Source of the DNA: a virus
Lineage: Duplodnaviria; Heunggongvirae; Uroviricota; Caudoviricetes
Reading direction: 5' to 3' (one strand)
Virus record (IMG/VR): IMGVR_UViG_2778261593_000001
Location: 1 to 6,904 of that record
DNA length: 6,904 nucleotides
Positions 6,102 through 6,904 of this stretch are shown here, piece after piece. The notes under the pieces were generated by a model. That model was given only the letters and a program-made list of their open reading frames with translations. It searched no databases and was not told the origin of the DNA. Every line of letters starts with the position of its first letter. Position 1 is the stretch's first letter. A program made the position numbers and the translations under genes.

Positions 6102-6904
6102 ATGTCTGTATTAATTTCTGGTGTGCTGACTGATGGGGCGGGGCTTCCCATGTCCGGATACCATATTATTCTGAAAGCCCGACAGAATACAGCCGCAGTG
6201 GTTATGAGAACGGTGGCAACAGTGGTGACGGGGCCGGCAGGAGAATATGCATTTGAGGCTCAGACCGGAAGATATGACGTTTATCTTCGGTCATGTATTG
6301 AAAGAGAATATTGTGTTGGTGATATTTCGGTTTACGACGACTCTAGGCCCGGCACACTGAACGACTTTCTGACTGCCCTTGATGAAGGCGACCTCAAACC
6401 CGACGTGGTGAAACGTTTTGAGGAACTGGTGGCGCAGGCGCAGCAGAGCGCGGAAGCGGCAGCGGAAAGCGAACGACAGGCCGGGCAACACGCAGCTGAT
6501 GCGCAGAAGATTAAGGGTGATTGCCAGACGCTGGCAGATAATGTTCAGCAGAATACAAATGCTGTGGAGGAAAACACGCAGCGCGTTGAACAGCTGGCCT
6601 CGCAGGTTGAGGATACCGCTGAAGAAGTCAGGCAGGATGCTGAAGCCGCCAAACAGGCCGCATCCGATGCAGAGCAGGCCAGAGATGATATTGATGTTGC
6701 GTTATCTGCAACGCTGAAAACGGCGAATCACCTGTCAGAAATTGCAGCAGAGGGGGAAGATGCTCAGCAGAAATCCCGAGACAATCTGGGGTTGAAAAGT
6801 GCTGCAACGATGGATGTGCAAACAGACATTTACGACCGTACCGAAGGCCGCCTGGCAATACCCGGTGCATTCGGATACGGAGCTATCTTCCGCTCAGAAA
6901 AATC
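6102..6904 (+). CDS. Tail fiber protein, N-terminal portion (lambdoid side-tail-fiber Stf-type N-terminal domain plus Ala/Gln/Glu-rich shaft); 3' end lies beyond the window
   Basis: Not in the ORF track because it has no stop inside the window. Frame 0 is open from ATG 6102 to the window end (267 codons), with AGGAAA 5 nt upstream. N-terminus MSVLISGVLTDGAGLPMSGYHIILKARQNTAAVVMRTV...GDISVYDDSRPGTLNDFLTALDEGDLKPDVVKRFEELV closely parallels the lambda Stf N-terminus as I recall it (MAVKISGVLKDGTGKPVQNCTIQLKARRNSTTVVVNTV...GTITVYEDSQPGTLNDFLCAMTEDDARPEVLRRLELMV). It is followed by a coiled-coil-like shaft and a ...RLAIPGAFGYG... motif. Confidence 0.8.
   Translation, partial: MSVLISGVLTDGAGLPMSGYHIILKARQNTAAVVMRTVATVVTGPAGEYAFEAQTGRYDVYLRSCIEREYCVGDISVYDDSRPGTLNDFLTALDEGDLKPDVVKRFEELVAQAQQSAEAAAESERQAGQHAADAQKIKGDCQTLADNVQQNTNAVEENTQRVEQLASQVEDTAEEVRQDAEAAKQAASDAEQARDDIDVALSATLKTANHLSEIAAEGEDAQQKSRDNLGLKSAATMDVQTDIYDRTEGRLAIPGAFGYGAIFRSEK

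Noticed and set aside
6418-6717. 99-aa Arg-rich ORF on the plus strand inside the tail fiber gene, plus minus-strand ORFs 6291-6491 and 6628-6870
   Set aside because: These are alternative-frame shadows of the Ala/Gln/Glu-rich coiled-coil shaft of the fiber (GCN/CAG/GAA codons read out of frame give Arg-rich strings). The fiber frame is the one with clear Stf-type homology.
1-6904. Search by eye for CRISPR repeats, tRNA or ncRNA genes, integrase or att direct repeats, IS terminal inverted repeats and toxin-antitoxin pairs
   Set aside because: No regularly spaced direct repeats, no cloverleaf-like tRNA candidates, no recombinase-like ORF and no unexplained intergenic space were found. The window is about 97 percent accounted for by co-directional tail genes.

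Overview
This 6.9-kb window is a densely packed, single-strand (+) contractile-tail module of a P2-like (Peduovirus-type) myovirus or an R-type tailocin, in an enterobacterial-like sequence context (judged by eye from codon usage, not computed). Gene order is: 3' end of a tail-fiber-assembly-like gene, tail sheath (FI-like), tail tube (FII-like), tail assembly chaperone E with a -1 frameshift extension E', tape measure protein, gpU-like, gpX-like, gpD-like baseplate hub, then the 5' part of a tail fiber gene with a lambdoid Stf-type N-terminal domain. Two hairpin-plus-T-tract intrinsic terminators lie in the short gaps upstream of the sheath gene and between the tube and chaperone genes. I see no tRNA, CRISPR array, integrase, insertion sequence or defence/toxin cargo; every supportable ORF is a tail gene. 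The points worth a second look are structural: the fiber gene placed directly after gpD, a sheath about 100 aa longer than the P2 sheath, the recoding site, the intra-operon terminator, and an empty P2 Z/fun-equivalent hotspot. All homology statements rest on reading the translations and on recalled family sequences, not on database searches.
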